DNA of 64,000 nucleotides, taken from the IMG/VR virus record IMGVR_UViG_3300045988_183421; one strand, given 5' to 3'. The notes below the pieces were generated by a model. That model had not been told where the DNA came from. It did no database searches and saw only the letters and a list, made by a program, of their open reading frames with translations. The stretch comes from a virus. A program made the translations under genes and the position numbers. Each line of letters opens with the position of its first letter. Within the stretch, counting starts at the first letter, position 1. Of the stretch, positions 29,831 through 39,857 are shown piece after piece.

Positions 29831-30910
29831 ATGAAAAATGTAATGAGAGTGCTTGCTTTTGTAAGTGCGCTGCTTTGTGTAGGATGTATTTCTACACAAG
29901 CGTTGACTTCTCTTGGTGATATTGATATTGATATCACTCGTGAGTTCAATTACAAGGACCAAGAAGAAGCCGATGCCAATCCTCTTCCGAAGGAAATTGA
30001 GGAGAACGGTAATACCTATGTCCTCGACGAAGACAGCGTAGATTATCAGCAAAGGGAACTCAATACCAAGTATCAAGAAACCGTAGAATATACGGATTTG
30101 ACTGTAAAAGAAGTTCCTCAGACTTATACTGTAACGCTGGGCGGAGAACAGTATGAATTGCCGCTCGAAGATGTTCAGTACACGGAAGAGCAAGCCGATA
30201 TTCCCACAGAAATGACAGTAGAGTATAAAGGCGAAGACAAGAAACAGAACGCCCCGCAAAACAAGACCTTCACTCTTGATGATGGTACGGAAGTTGAAGG
30301 CGTTCTGAAAGAGGTCAATGAAGTCGAGGACACCGATACATGGGTCGATTTCACGATTGATGGACAAGTCGTAATTCCGGAAGGTGCCACCGCATATGTC
30401 TATCTCGGAAAAGTCCACACATACAATCCCGCCACACCGCTTTGGGATGGTTATAAGAGCGATTTGATGTCTGCCATCGGTCTGAACAGTGATTCCTATA
30501 AAATCACAGGCGGTAAGTGGACAAGCGACCCAGTAGCGAGGGCAGAAGGCGGATTCTACCGCACACTGTCTATCTACGGTCAAAAGAATACCGGCAAGAG
30601 TTATGTAGCTGTATATGAAACCGCTGCACCTATCGAAATCAAGTATGTAGCCAGCGCAACCTATTCCATGTCGCTGCTCAGCATCGGTCTTGATGAATCG
30701 TTCGGTAACGCTTCTGAACTTACGATTTGCGCGATTGCACACTATGTATTGGAGCAGGTAGCTAACGCCAATTTCATTGTAGGCGCTGTATATAGAAACA
30801 GACTCATCATGCCCATTATGGCAGTAATCTTCGGAATTTCCGCAGGCGCATGCGGTTTTGTCGGGTTCTCTAAGGATAGTCGCAAAGAAGAAGATAGCGA
30901 AGAAACTTAA
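29831..30910 (+). CDS. Secreted or surface protein with an N-terminal signal or lipoprotein-like peptide, a C-terminal transmembrane helix and a charged tail (KDSRKEEDSEET).
   Basis: N-terminus MKNVMRVLAFVSALLCVGC. C-terminus IMPIMAVIFGISAGACGFVGFS followed by a charged tail. No LPXTG or NxKTG motif. Confidence 0.6.
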   Translation: MKNVMRVLAFVSALLCVGCISTQALTSLGDIDIDITREFNYKDQEEADANPLPKEIEENGNTYVLDEDSVDYQQRELNTKYQETVEYTDLTVKEVPQTYTVTLGGEQYELPLEDVQYTEEQADIPTEMTVEYKGEDKKQNAPQNKTFTLDDGTEVEGVLKEVNEVEDTDTWVDFTIDGQVVIPEGATAYVYLGKVHTYNPATPLWDGYKSDLMSAIGLNSDSYKITGGKWTSDPVARAEGGFYRTLSIYGQKNTGKSYVAVYETAAPIEIKYVASATYSMSLLSIGLDESFGNASELTICAIAHYVLEQVANANFIVGAVYRNRLIMPIMAVIFGISAGACGFVGFSKDSRKEEDSEET

Positions 30911-30928
30911 TAGCATAGAAAAGCAGAA

Positions 30929-30959
30929 GGCGAGTGAGAAGTATCTTGCTCGCTTTTTT
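30929..30959 (+). terminator. Terminator.
   Basis: GCGAG..CTCGC imperfect 10-bp stem followed by TTTTTT. Confidence 0.55.
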
Positions 30960-30961
30960 AA

Positions 30962-30990
30962 TTGATTCTTTTGCTTATTTGTGGTATAAT
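30962..30990 (+). promoter_or_regulatory. Promoter family B, copy 3 (TTGATT..TTTGTGGTATAATATAAT).
   Basis: Extended -10 consensus. Confidence 0.65.
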
Positions 30991-31028
30991 ATAATATATC
31001 AATTGGAAAGATAGGGGGAGTTCCATTT

Positions 31029-31259
31029 ATGACATCGAACAGCAATACTGAAAGTGCGAGCGAACACGATATTTTTAGAACCTGTTATCAATGCCCACAT
31101 CGCAAAGCTGGATGTCATTCCGTATGCGAAGGCTATTCGGCTCGTGTTGCCAAACAGCAGGAGATATATAAAATGCGTTTGGCACAATGTGATGAATATG
31201 CATTCAAGAAAGAGGTCGCCAGCAAAGTGTCAAAGTATTGCAAATCCCATTGCAGATAA
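31029..31259 (+). CDS. Small Cys-rich protein of 76 aa, possibly metal-binding.
   Basis: RBS AGGGGGAG. Cys pairs in CYQCPHRKAGCHSVCEGY...CKSHC. Confidence 0.5.
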   Translation: MTSNSNTESASEHDIFRTCYQCPHRKAGCHSVCEGYSARVAKQQEIYKMRLAQCDEYAFKKEVASKVSKYCKSHCR

Positions 31260-31274
31260 GAAAAGGAGTATACC

Positions 31275-32809
31275 ATGTTTTTAGGAATCATCATTGTCGT
31301 ATTGTTTGTTTTGTTCGTATTCACATGCTACAAAAAAGCGCCTCCCACAGCAGCCATCGTTGTGACCGGATTCGGTTTAAAAAACCTAAGGTCGTTTGCG
31401 GAAAAGGTACATTCGTCATCCCCGTGCTGCAGCGTGCAGATAAGCTGAATATGCGTCTTCTGAAAATTGATGTCAAAACCCCTGAGACGGGTGTCAAGAC
31501 AAAAGAAGGCGTATCGCTCTGGATTGATTCTGTTGTAACGATTCAGGTATACAGCGATAATTCTACTGTTCTCGACTCTGAGGTTCAGGCATCTGGTGCA
31601 AAGGATGTCAAGGAATATATTACGGGTCGTCAGCAGTCGGCTATTTCGAACTTTCTTGGCATGGACGAAAAAGGCATCAATGACAAAGTAAATGATGTCT
31701 TGCAAGGCAACCTGCGCGAAATCGTTTCGGATATGACGGTTGACCAGATTCTCACAAATCGTAAACAAATGGCGCTGTCAGTAATCGAAAATGCCCGTCC
31801 TGACCTTGCAAAGATGGGCCTCGAAGTTGTAACCTTCAATGTGCAGGATGTAAAAGACGCCGTTGATGCGCAGGGTCACAATCACGGCGTCATTGAGGCT
31901 ATTGGTATTGAGCAGGAAGAAGCCGTTAAGAAACGTGCAGAGATTGCTCGTGCAGAAGCCGCTCGTGATATTGCTCGCGCAAAGGCTGACGCTGAAATGG
32001 CAGCCAATGAAAAGGAAGTTGAAGCCCAGACTGCTATTGCACAGCGCAACAATGAATTGCAGCTGGCAAAGGCCAAATTGAAGGCCGAGGCTGACAAGGC
32101 TGCTGCTGATGCCAACGCTGCAGGACAGATTCAGACAAATCTTCGCGCTAAGGAAATCAAGGAAGCCGAAGCTGATGCGGAAATTGCAAAGCAGAAGAAG
32201 ATGGTCGACCTTGCTGCACAGGAAGCCGAGGTTCAGCAGAGAAAACTGGATGCAGAGGTTCGCAAAGCTGCGGATGCCGAATTGTATAAACGCCAAAAAG
32301 AAGCAGAAGCAAAAAAATACGAAGCCGAACGCGCTGCTGAGGCTCAGAAATTTGCAAAGCAGCAGGAAGCCGAAGGTATTGCCCTTGTAGGTAAGGCAGA
32401 AGCTGAGGCTATCCGTCAGAAGGGTATTGCTGAAGCCGAAGCTATGAAGCAAAAGGCGGAAGCTTACAAGCAGTACAACGATGCTGCTGTTGCTGAAATG
32501 CTTATCAAGGTCCTGCCTGATATTGCTAAGAATGTGGCTCAGCCCTTGTCCGCAATCGATAAGGTATCTATCATCGGCGGCGATGCATCTGGCGTTTCCG
32601 GCGTGTCTGGGAATGTTCCCGTGCTGATGGCACAGACCATGCAGACCGTCAAGGAAGCTACCGGTATTGATATGGCCGATATCGTTCGTGCGAATAGTAT
32701 CAATGCTAAGACTGACCGCAATATCAACATTCACGGTTTGCCTGTAATCGAGAAGGCTGATGACAATGCACACATCGAACCTGACGAAAACGCAAGCGAT
32801 ATAAAATAA
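31275..32809 (+). pseudogene. Flotillin/SPFH (band-7, FloT/YqiK-like) gene interrupted by a frameshift in an A6 tract at 31379-31384.
   Basis: Frame 0 from ATG 31275 gives MFLGIIIVVLFVLFVFTCYKKAPPTAAIVVTGFGLKN and then a stop after 57 aa. Frame +2 continues as KKPKVVCGKGTFVIPVLQRADKL... through the SPFH domain and a long A/E/K coiled coil. One extra A would restore GLKKPKVVCGKG. Confidence 0.75.
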
Positions 32810-32834
32810 TTTGCTCAAAAAAATATAACTTCAG

Positions 32835-32874
32835 CCGTCGTAAATGCGAAAACTAACATTTGCGACGGTTTTTG
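32835..32874 (+). terminator. Terminator after the flotillin gene.
   Basis: CCGTCGTAAATG-cgaaaactaa-CATTTGCGACGG 12-bp stem followed by TTTTTG. Confidence 0.8.
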
Positions 32875-32877
32875 TCG

Positions 32878-32906
32878 TTGACTACCTTGTTTTAATGTGG
32901 TATAAT
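32878..32906 (+). promoter_or_regulatory. Promoter family B, copy 4 (TTGACT..aaTGTGGTATAATATAG).
   Basis: Consensus hexamers with a 17-nt spacer. Confidence 0.65.
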
Positions 32907-33070
32907 ATAGATATGTTCAAGATGAACAGGGAATATCGGTGATATTTCTATGGTGGAACAGCGCAGAAGAACATCTGTACGATTTTTTACGCAGTTTTTT
33001 GATGTTGACTATATTAGAATAAATAGGCAATATCATACGAATCAACAAGCAAACACGGGGGACAGATTCA

Positions 33071-33790
33071 ATGGTAGAAAAACGTTATGTAGCAAAGAAA
33101 AGAATTCCGGAGTATTGCCCTTTCGGGTCAGTTATGTCCCTGAAAGTAGAAAGTGAAAACGATGCGCCTGCATGTTTTGGTCGTGTCGTTGGCTATCAGT
33201 ACGAGGGTTCTGACGAAGTCGTTTCAACGATTGAGGGCGACAATCTGAAAGCCAAGGGCGAGAGAATTATTGACCGTCTTATGTACGACGGCTATCTCGT
33301 CAAACATCAGACTGTCAAGAAGATTGACAATCTCGGCACCGTCAACGTTACACAGTACGGAATCATGTACGAGGCGGAGAGTGCAGCACAGCACAAGGGA
33401 ACTCCTACACACGGAATTCCGTCACCAACAGCAGGGCAGTTCATCTGTACCTTTGAACTTCTGATGGTTACGGAAATCAACGGAGAACTTTACGAGCGGT
33501 ACATCACCATCCGTAAGAAAACGCCTCCGGTATTCCGGTTCACTACAACCGATTTCTTCTGCAACATGGGTAGTTATATTACCACGATGCTGTGCAGAGG
33601 AGAGAGTGGATTCAAAATGCTGGATACCGATGACAATCCGAATCGCTGCTCTGCTCAGTTCTATGATACCTTTGGCGAGAAGAAGAACATCATCTTCAAT
33701 AGCACCAAAGACCTGCTTGCTACCATTGTTTCTGTAAGGCTTGTTGATGTAAAGCCATTCGAGGTTGCTGAAAGCAGCATCGCAGGATAA
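33071..33790 (+). CDS. Hypothetical protein of 239 aa.
   Basis: ORF with RBS ACGGGGGA. No recognisable motifs. Confidence 0.6.
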   Translation: MVEKRYVAKKRIPEYCPFGSVMSLKVESENDAPACFGRVVGYQYEGSDEVVSTIEGDNLKAKGERIIDRLMYDGYLVKHQTVKKIDNLGTVNVTQYGIMYEAESAAQHKGTPTHGIPSPTAGQFICTFELLMVTEINGELYERYITIRKKTPPVFRFTTTDFFCNMGSYITTMLCRGESGFKMLDTDDNPNRCSAQFYDTFGEKKNIIFNSTKDLLATIVSVRLVDVKPFEVAESSIAG

Positions 33791-33809
33791 ACAGAAACGG
33801 TGGTAGACC

Positions 33810-34448
33810 ATGAGCAAAAAGAAATTCTACGTACTTCAAAGCGACGCAGATACTCTCCCCGCAGAGATGAAGGGAATTTATACAGGAGATGAGTTCCCTG
33901 AATATAAGGGTGCAGAAACAATCACCTTTAACAACAAGACTTACATCAACGGATTGGATTATCAAACCGTTAAGTCCGGAAAACATGTCCGAATCGAAGA
34001 ATGCCCTATTTGTAATAGGCTTTCTATCATATATGCGCGGGGTGTATGCAAAGCCTGTGCGCAGCGAACATTGTACAGGCACAGAAGAGATAAGACCGGC
34101 GATGTCATGACAGAACGGAATATCCGCGAAGCAAACATTGCCTTCCGTAAGGGTTGGCCCGTGAATATCATTTGCGGGCTGGACGGGGTCAGGTATAACA
34201 TCGACGATTATCCTTATTCGAAAAAAGAAGAAGCGAGAATTGTCGATGCTATTCTTGCAATCAGAGATACGACTGTTACAGATTATCTCTTGAAGCATTA
34301 CAAAGACGGCATCAAGTATTCTGATATGGCTTATGCCGAAAACAAAAGTAAGCAGAATGCACATGGCTTTGGCAGAAGACGCCTTGCATATGTGCGGAAC
34401 ATTCTCAGAACCAAGGGGCTTTTAAAAGGCCCAAAGACCACGAAATAA
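33810..34448 (+). CDS. Hypothetical protein with a CxxC..CxxC zinc-ribbon (CPICN...CKAC).
   Basis: ORF with the Cys motif. Confidence 0.6.
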   Translation: MSKKKFYVLQSDADTLPAEMKGIYTGDEFPEYKGAETITFNNKTYINGLDYQTVKSGKHVRIEECPICNRLSIIYARGVCKACAQRTLYRHRRDKTGDVMTERNIREANIAFRKGWPVNIICGLDGVRYNIDDYPYSKKEEARIVDAILAIRDTTVTDYLLKHYKDGIKYSDMAYAENKSKQNAHGFGRRRLAYVRNILRTKGLLKGPKTTK

Positions 34449-34477
34449 ACATCATCAATCGTAAGGGGAAGATTGCC

Positions 34478-34996
34478 ATGAACAGCGTAGAAACGAAAAC
34501 AACGGATAAGACTTATGCAGTCAAGAATACTCACAAACAGGAATGGGAGACGCCTCAGGGGCTTTTCGATGACCTGAACAAGGAATACGGTTTCACTCTG
34601 GATGCGGCTGCATCGGACAAAAATCATAAATGCAAGAAATATTACACGGAGCGTGTCGATGGTCTCTTGCAGGACTGGAAAGGTGAAACAGTATTTTGCA
34701 ATCCCCCGACAGGGCACAAGTCCTTTAAGTTGTGGGTGCGCAAGGCGTACGAGGAGTCAAGGAAAAAGAATACCACGGTCGTCATGCTTTTACCCGTTTC
34801 TACGGACTCTGACTGGTTCCAGAGATACATCTATGGACAGCAGGGAGTAAGGGTAAAGTTTCTGCCTGCCAGAATCAAGATGACGAACCCTTATTTGTTC
34901 ATTGATTCTGAAAATCGGAAAGAGACTATCGGCAGTCGTCGTCCTTCTATGATTGTTGAATTCACAAACAAAAAGCGTAAGTTCTCGATTATTTAA
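34478..34996 (+). CDS. Phage-type orphan DNA N6-adenine methyltransferase (Dam family) with a non-canonical NPPT catalytic motif.
   Basis: Translation 'WETPQGLFDDLNKEYGFTLDAAASDKNHKCKKYYTERVDGLLQDWKGETVFCNPPTG'. It has motif I and an (N)PP(T) motif where (N/D)PPY is expected. Confidence 0.7.
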   Translation: MNSVETKTTDKTYAVKNTHKQEWETPQGLFDDLNKEYGFTLDAAASDKNHKCKKYYTERVDGLLQDWKGETVFCNPPTGHKSFKLWVRKAYEESRKKNTTVVMLLPVSTDSDWFQRYIYGQQGVRVKFLPARIKMTNPYLFIDSENRKETIGSRRPSMIVEFTNKKRKFSII

Positions 34997-35080
34997 GCGA
35001 GGCAAACAGGCCATACCGCCATTTCTTATAGGAAATAGAGCGCATGGCCTTTTTGCCGTATTTAGAGTGAGGGTTAAATC

Positions 35081-35362
35081 ATGTACGGAAAATTTGGCTG
35101 TGGCGTAACGCATGAACAAGCTGTAGAGGAATTCAACGGAGGAAAAACGGTCGTTCAGATTGCCAGAAAGTATGGTATCACAACAAAGGAAGTAAAGACC
35201 ATTCTTCGGGAAGGCGAAATCGAAAAGAAGAAAGAAGAGAAGAAAACCGTCAAAGCCCAACGCGGTGTTATTTGCAGTCGGGCGCACTGCGAGTGGGGCA
35301 ATAACACATACGGTGTCTGTTGCCTTCCTTGTTGTATGAAAAATAAAGTTCATCGAACTTAA
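35081..35362 (+). CDS. Small HTH-like protein with a Cys-rich C-terminus.
   Basis: 'IARKYGITTKEVKTILREGEI' reads as a helix-turn-helix. The C-terminus is CSRAHCEWGNNTYGVCCLPCC. Confidence 0.5.
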   Translation: MYGKFGCGVTHEQAVEEFNGGKTVVQIARKYGITTKEVKTILREGEIEKKKEEKKTVKAQRGVICSRAHCEWGNNTYGVCCLPCCMKNKVHRT

Positions 35363-35386
35363 ACTGCCGGTGAAGGAGTTGATAAC

Positions 35387-37057
35387 TTGGTTACACAGAA
35401 TGTGATTAACGGCTTTGTGATTCCTGATGATATTGCTGAAATCAGGGATTTCCCGCGAGAATTTAAAATCAGCACCGTTGATTTTGTGTATCAGCGGATT
35501 GCTTTTCTAATCGAGTGCTTTCCTTTGAGGAAGGAAATCATTGAACTGGCTCAGTCAGACAACGATTGCCAGAAGATGAAAAGGAAAATCCTTAAAGGCG
35601 AAAATGACCTTACCATCATTCTTGCAGGGAATGATGGATTGACAGATACGGCACTTGACATCCTTTCATATCTGGTCATCAAAGCCGATAAGACGAATCC
35701 CACGCTGTACCAGATTGTAAAGAAAATCGACGGCGAATCGGATAAGCTATTCGAAAAGATGTTCCACGAGAATGATTTGAGTAAGAGAACCATTACGCGT
35801 GGATTTAAGGCTGCATTGGACATTTTTCAAGCAGCATCCGTAAAGGACGGAGACAGTATCAGGAAAATCGTCAAAGATTTCGATAACTCCTTCTCTGACA
35901 GCGGCACGGAAGCGATGATGGCCTTTGTGAAAGAAGCAGTGTCCGATATCTGGGATGTCGCCACACTCGGCGATATGATTTATGCGCTGCGATACGACAG
36001 TGACTGTAACAGCTGGGATATGCCGGAAATGGCTGATTTCTTTACGCAAGCCGTCAAGAATGGCGTTGCTCCAGCGCCTCCGTTAAATATGTCCAGTCGT
36101 CCGCGTATCGATATGTGTATGAGCTCTTTCCGGATTTCTACCAGTATCGGTGTCAATCATCATTCGCTTTATAAGTTCCCCATCACGGAGAAAATGAAAG
36201 AGCGAATTTGCGCAATTATGGCAATGAGCTGCACAGTAGACCCGAGAAAGATGGTACATAGAGCGTCTATCGACAGAGGAATTCGTGATGCTTATATTGC
36301 TCTTGTCTGGCAATATGTTGTTTCTTCTTTTGGAGAAAAGCAGCAAAAGAATGCGATTCTCGAAAAGAGCACTACAATCTATAACCAGAGAAAGCTGAGA
36401 AAACGCGAACTCGAAAACAAAAAATACGAGGAGCAGCTAAAGCAAAAAGCTTCCGAAGTCAAAAAGGAAGTGGCTGAGGCAAGCACAAACGCAAAACTGG
36501 AAAAGGTCAAGAAAGAACTTTACGATTTCAAGGCCACATCCATGAAACGAGAAACGGCTTTGCGCAAAAAGAACGATGATGCCGAGAGTAGAATCCATGA
36601 ACTGGAAAAGCTGTTGGCGAACGCAGAGCGAAAGCTCATTCAGCTTCGGCCAGAAACTTCCGAGTTTGATGACTTTGATGATTCTGATGCAGGTATCTGT
36701 GAACAAGAAACAGAAGTCATTGATTATCATAAAGAACTGAATCAGATGGCAAAGAACAAGAAAATTGTTTTCTGCGGTGGACAGCAGAACTTTGTCAACA
36801 TGCTTCGTAATGCACAGCCGGACATCTCTTATGTTGACCAGTGTAATCTGGCTACCTGCGATGCGCTTATCGCAAACAGTGACATTGTTATTTTCCGTGT
36901 TACACAGATGAGTCATTCTTTGTACGGAAAGGCGAAGCAGATTTGTAAGGCTCGTGGCATTCGATTCGAGCATCTGCCCAATGTTACATCTATTCCTCTT
37001 ACAGAGGAGTTAATCTATACACTCATCACGAAAAAGGAGGCAACCGGTAATGAGTAA
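35387..37057 (+). CDS. Hypothetical 556-aa protein (TTG start) with a central coiled-coil and a C-terminal DUF2325-like module.
   Basis: GGAG lies 8 nt upstream of the TTG. There is a long KEL-rich heptad region. The C-terminus contains 'IVFCGGQQNFVNMLRN...IVIFRVTQMSHSLYGKAK'. Confidence 0.55.
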   Translation: MVTQNVINGFVIPDDIAEIRDFPREFKISTVDFVYQRIAFLIECFPLRKEIIELAQSDNDCQKMKRKILKGENDLTIILAGNDGLTDTALDILSYLVIKADKTNPTLYQIVKKIDGESDKLFEKMFHENDLSKRTITRGFKAALDIFQAASVKDGDSIRKIVKDFDNSFSDSGTEAMMAFVKEAVSDIWDVATLGDMIYALRYDSDCNSWDMPEMADFFTQAVKNGVAPAPPLNMSSRPRIDMCMSSFRISTSIGVNHHSLYKFPITEKMKERICAIMAMSCTVDPRKMVHRASIDRGIRDAYIALVWQYVVSSFGEKQQKNAILEKSTTIYNQRKLRKRELENKKYEEQLKQKASEVKKEVAEASTNAKLEKVKKELYDFKATSMKRETALRKKNDDAESRIHELEKLLANAERKLIQLRPETSEFDDFDDSDAGICEQETEVIDYHKELNQMAKNKKIVFCGGQQNFVNMLRNAQPDISYVDQCNLATCDALIANSDIVIFRVTQMSHSLYGKAKQICKARGIRFEHLPNVTSIPLTEELIYTLITKKEATGNE

Positions 37058-38399
37058 GGAGTCTTATATCGCCGAGTCTGAGGCGTTGAACAAGCTGTTC
37101 AACAATATGACACAGCGCAAAGTTGATGCCGCAGAAAAGGAAAAACTCAAGAAGGAGGAGAATAAGGGGGAACAGGTGGAAGCAAAGAAGCCTCTGCAGG
37201 CAGCTCCCACGACATCTCGTCCGATTCACTCTGAGTATCTCGAAAAGAAGAAGAAAGAAGAAGAAGAAGCAAAGCGCATCGAGGAGGCTCGCCGCGCAAA
37301 GATGCGCAAGCAAATTGAAAAAGAAGAAGCCGAAAAGGCAGAGCAGGAACGTAAGCTTGCGGAAGAACGCAAGAAGCAGGAAGCTGAAAGGAAGAAGAAA
37401 GAGGAAGAACGTCTCGCAAACCTTTTCGGTGTCACCGCTAAGAAAGAATCGAAACCGCAATCAAATCCCGCCGTCAAGCCTGCAACAAAGGATGAACCCG
37501 TAAAAGAAGAATCTCTTCCTGTAAAGGACGAATCCAAAAATGAGGCTACCGAGTCTAAAACGAAGGAAGCGCTCCATGTTTTTGAAACGGTTCTGAACAA
37601 AACGGAAGAAAACGAACAAGGGCCGAAAGATGCCGAACCGGAACAGAAGAAGGTCGCTCCGGTGATTGCAAAGCCTCCTGTTTCCGAACAGATTTCGGAA
37701 CAGCCCAAGCCTCCTGTCATTCCGGTTAAGGATAAAAAGCCCGTGACGGATAAGACGGTTTCTGCGCCGGAAATGAAGTCAGAGGCGAAACCCGTTCAGA
37801 AGCCTGTTTCACAGCCTGCACAGCGCACAGAATCTCCTCAGAAAGGGAATAGTGCAATCATGGCTCGTGGACAGTCCGGTATGCAGATGGAGAAGCCTAA
37901 GACAGACAAGCTTTCTATTACCGGCATTGTTCCGATGAAGAGCGACCGTGGTTCAAAATATGATTCCGCCATGAAGGCTTCGAATGCATTCCGTACGAAT
38001 GTATTCCTCACTTGCGTTTACAACGACGAGACGCGTGAAGGCGCTTACGGTATCGTGGTAGATATGGGAGACAAGCGAATCATCCACGGTATGTGTGGAC
38101 ACACGAGCGATGAATGGGAGTACGGCTTTGCCGGAGCTATCGAGGCTATGCGTATCTGCACGGAAAACAACGTGAAGGAAATCATGTTTGTTGTACTGGA
38201 CCCGCTTTGCGAAATTCTACAGCAAAACGCCGATGGTCTTCGTTGGGGGTATTCGTACACCCGTTCTCAGTTTACGAAGGCTATCGACGTTTTGAAGAGG
38301 GAAGCTGCTATCGGTTTTATCCCGGAGCACGTTGAGAGCGAGTTTCAAGACCTTGCTGAGACAATCGCTAAGACGCTGGTTTTTCCGGTAAACAATTAA
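37050..38399 (+). CDS. Protein with a long K/E-rich disordered N-terminal half and a C-terminal RNase-HI-like domain.
   Basis: C-terminal 'VYNDETREGAYGIVV...SDEWEYGFAGAIEAMRI...IMFVVLDPLCEIL' aligns to the RNase HI D-E-D core (TDGS, MELMAAIxAL and TDSQY segments). Confidence 0.5.
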   Translation: MSKESYIAESEALNKLFNNMTQRKVDAAEKEKLKKEENKGEQVEAKKPLQAAPTTSRPIHSEYLEKKKKEEEEAKRIEEARRAKMRKQIEKEEAEKAEQERKLAEERKKQEAERKKKEEERLANLFGVTAKKESKPQSNPAVKPATKDEPVKEESLPVKDESKNEATESKTKEALHVFETVLNKTEENEQGPKDAEPEQKKVAPVIAKPPVSEQISEQPKPPVIPVKDKKPVTDKTVSAPEMKSEAKPVQKPVSQPAQRTESPQKGNSAIMARGQSGMQMEKPKTDKLSITGIVPMKSDRGSKYDSAMKASNAFRTNVFLTCVYNDETREGAYGIVVDMGDKRIIHGMCGHTSDEWEYGFAGAIEAMRICTENNVKEIMFVVLDPLCEILQQNADGLRWGYSYTRSQFTKAIDVLKREAAIGFIPEHVESEFQDLAETIAKTLVFPVNN

Positions 38400-38626
38400 C
38401 CGTTCCTGTCATTGGAAATACCAAGCAGCCAGTCAGACGAAACATGTAAGGCTTTTGCTAAATTGCATAGCATTTGTGCTCGCGGCATCGTCTTTCCTGA
38501 CTCCCATTTTTGGATGCAGCGATAGGAACAATTCGTGCTTGCCGCCAACTGTTCTTGGCTGTAATTGATTTCCATTCGTTGCTTTTTGATTCGCTTTCCT
38601 ACCATGGTATCAAAGGTGGATGGCAT
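38396..38626 (-). CDS. XRE-family (Cro/cI-type) HTH transcriptional regulator.
   Basis: 'GKRIKKQRMEINYSQEQLAASTNCSYRCIQKWESGKTMPRAQMLCNLAKALHVSSDWLLG'. RBS AAAGGAG. Confidence 0.8.
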   Translation of the reverse strand: MPSTFDTMVGKRIKKQRMEINYSQEQLAASTNCSYRCIQKWESGKTMPRAQMLCNLAKALHVSSDWLLGISNDRNG

Positions 38627-38670
38627 AAATAACTCCTTTCTTTTTTGTTGTCTATGCGAACAAAAGTTCG

Positions 38671-38760
38671 TTGCTGGACAACTGCATGTGTGGTATCATG
38701 ATAACAACAGGTAGTTGTATATTAGTTGTTCTTTCCGTTTTAACAACTGCTATGCATCAG
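38671..38760 (+). promoter_or_regulatory. Divergent control region. It contains promoter family B copy 5 (TTGCTG..TGTGGTATCAT) and iteron-like ACAACT/AGTTGT repeats, which could be a parC-like centromere or an XRE operator.
   Basis: ggACAACTGCATG, aACAACaggtAGTTGTatattAGTTGTt and aACAACTGCtATGCAT lie between the XRE gene and parM. Confidence 0.45.
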
Positions 38761-38864
38761 TCAGTGAGTCCCATTGTTATCTGGTAGACACTTATATTTT
38801 ATCACGCAGAGTATCCCAAAATTCGTACTTTCAACTATATTGCGACTCGTTCGGAGGATTTTTT

Positions 38865-39824
38865 ATGGAGATTATTGGAGTAGATACCGGAAACAAGGCA
38901 ATGAAGACGCCTGGCTGTGAGCCGTTTCCCACTGGTCTTGTTCGTCATGGTACGACTGAACCGGCTATCAAGGGAGAGACGATGTGCTACATGGGGAAGT
39001 ATTATTCCCTCAATGACAGCCGTACGCCTTATCAGCAGGATAAGACGAAGGATGACACTTACTTTTTGCTGACGCTGATTGCCGTAGCAAAGAACCTTAT
39101 AAAGAAGTATCCCAATCAGAAATTCTACAAATACGATGTATGCCTCGCGATGGGCTTGCCCCCGCAGCATATGTCCCTGAAAGCGAAGTATGATGAGTAT
39201 TTCGGCAAAAGCGGGAAACTCATCAATTTCATGTACAAAGATATCCCGTTTGAGATTACTGTCAAGCATGTCTTTGTCTATCCTCAGGGCTTTTCTATTA
39301 CGGCAGCAAGCGAGATTCAGAAGGAAATCAAGCGCTATCCCCGTTCTTATGTCGTAGACATCGGCGGGTATACCACGGATGTGATTCGTTTCTCTGGTCG
39401 TGGCAACACTTATGCTCCGGACCTTTCTTTCTGCGAAAGCTATGACCGTGGAGTCATTGAACTCCTGAGCACTGTCGAGAGCGAGCTGCGTGTCCATTGT
39501 TCCTTGTCGGTCGATGACTACATGGCTGAGGCAATCCTTGCAGGGAACAACAACATGCTGGTCGATGAAAACGCCGTGAAAATTGCCAAGGAAACCGCAG
39601 ACAATTATGCAACAGCATTGATTCGTACGATTTCCGAAAAAATCAAGGACGACTTCAAAACATCCTATTTCATCTTTATGGGCGGTGGTTCTGCTATGAT
39701 GCGCGAAAGCATCGAGCGAGCCATTGACACCAAGAACCTTTTCTTCTTGACGGATGTAACCGCAAATGCAAAAGGATATGAAATCATGGCTCGTGCAAAG
39801 CTGACCATGAGCGGTGAAATTTAA
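38865..39824 (+). CDS. parM: ParM/StbA-family actin-like plasmid segregation ATPase.
   Basis: RBS GGAGG. 'MEIIGVDTGNKAMK', 'VVDIGGYTTDV' and 'FMGGGSAMM' match the actin-fold phosphate and adenosine motifs. Confidence 0.7.
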   Translation: MEIIGVDTGNKAMKTPGCEPFPTGLVRHGTTEPAIKGETMCYMGKYYSLNDSRTPYQQDKTKDDTYFLLTLIAVAKNLIKKYPNQKFYKYDVCLAMGLPPQHMSLKAKYDEYFGKSGKLINFMYKDIPFEITVKHVFVYPQGFSITAASEIQKEIKRYPRSYVVDIGGYTTDVIRFSGRGNTYAPDLSFCESYDRGVIELLSTVESELRVHCSLSVDDYMAEAILAGNNNMLVDENAVKIAKETADNYATALIRTISEKIKDDFKTSYFIFMGGGSAMMRESIERAIDTKNLFFLTDVTANAKGYEIMARAKLTMSGEI

Positions 39825-39857
39825 GAGCACCGTTTTCGAAAGCGTGGTGAGCACTGA

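Noticed and set aside
32950-33156. 68-aa ORF in the leader of gene 33071
   Set aside because: It overlaps the real gene's RBS and start, has no RBS of its own, and lies in the promoter-to-gene leader.
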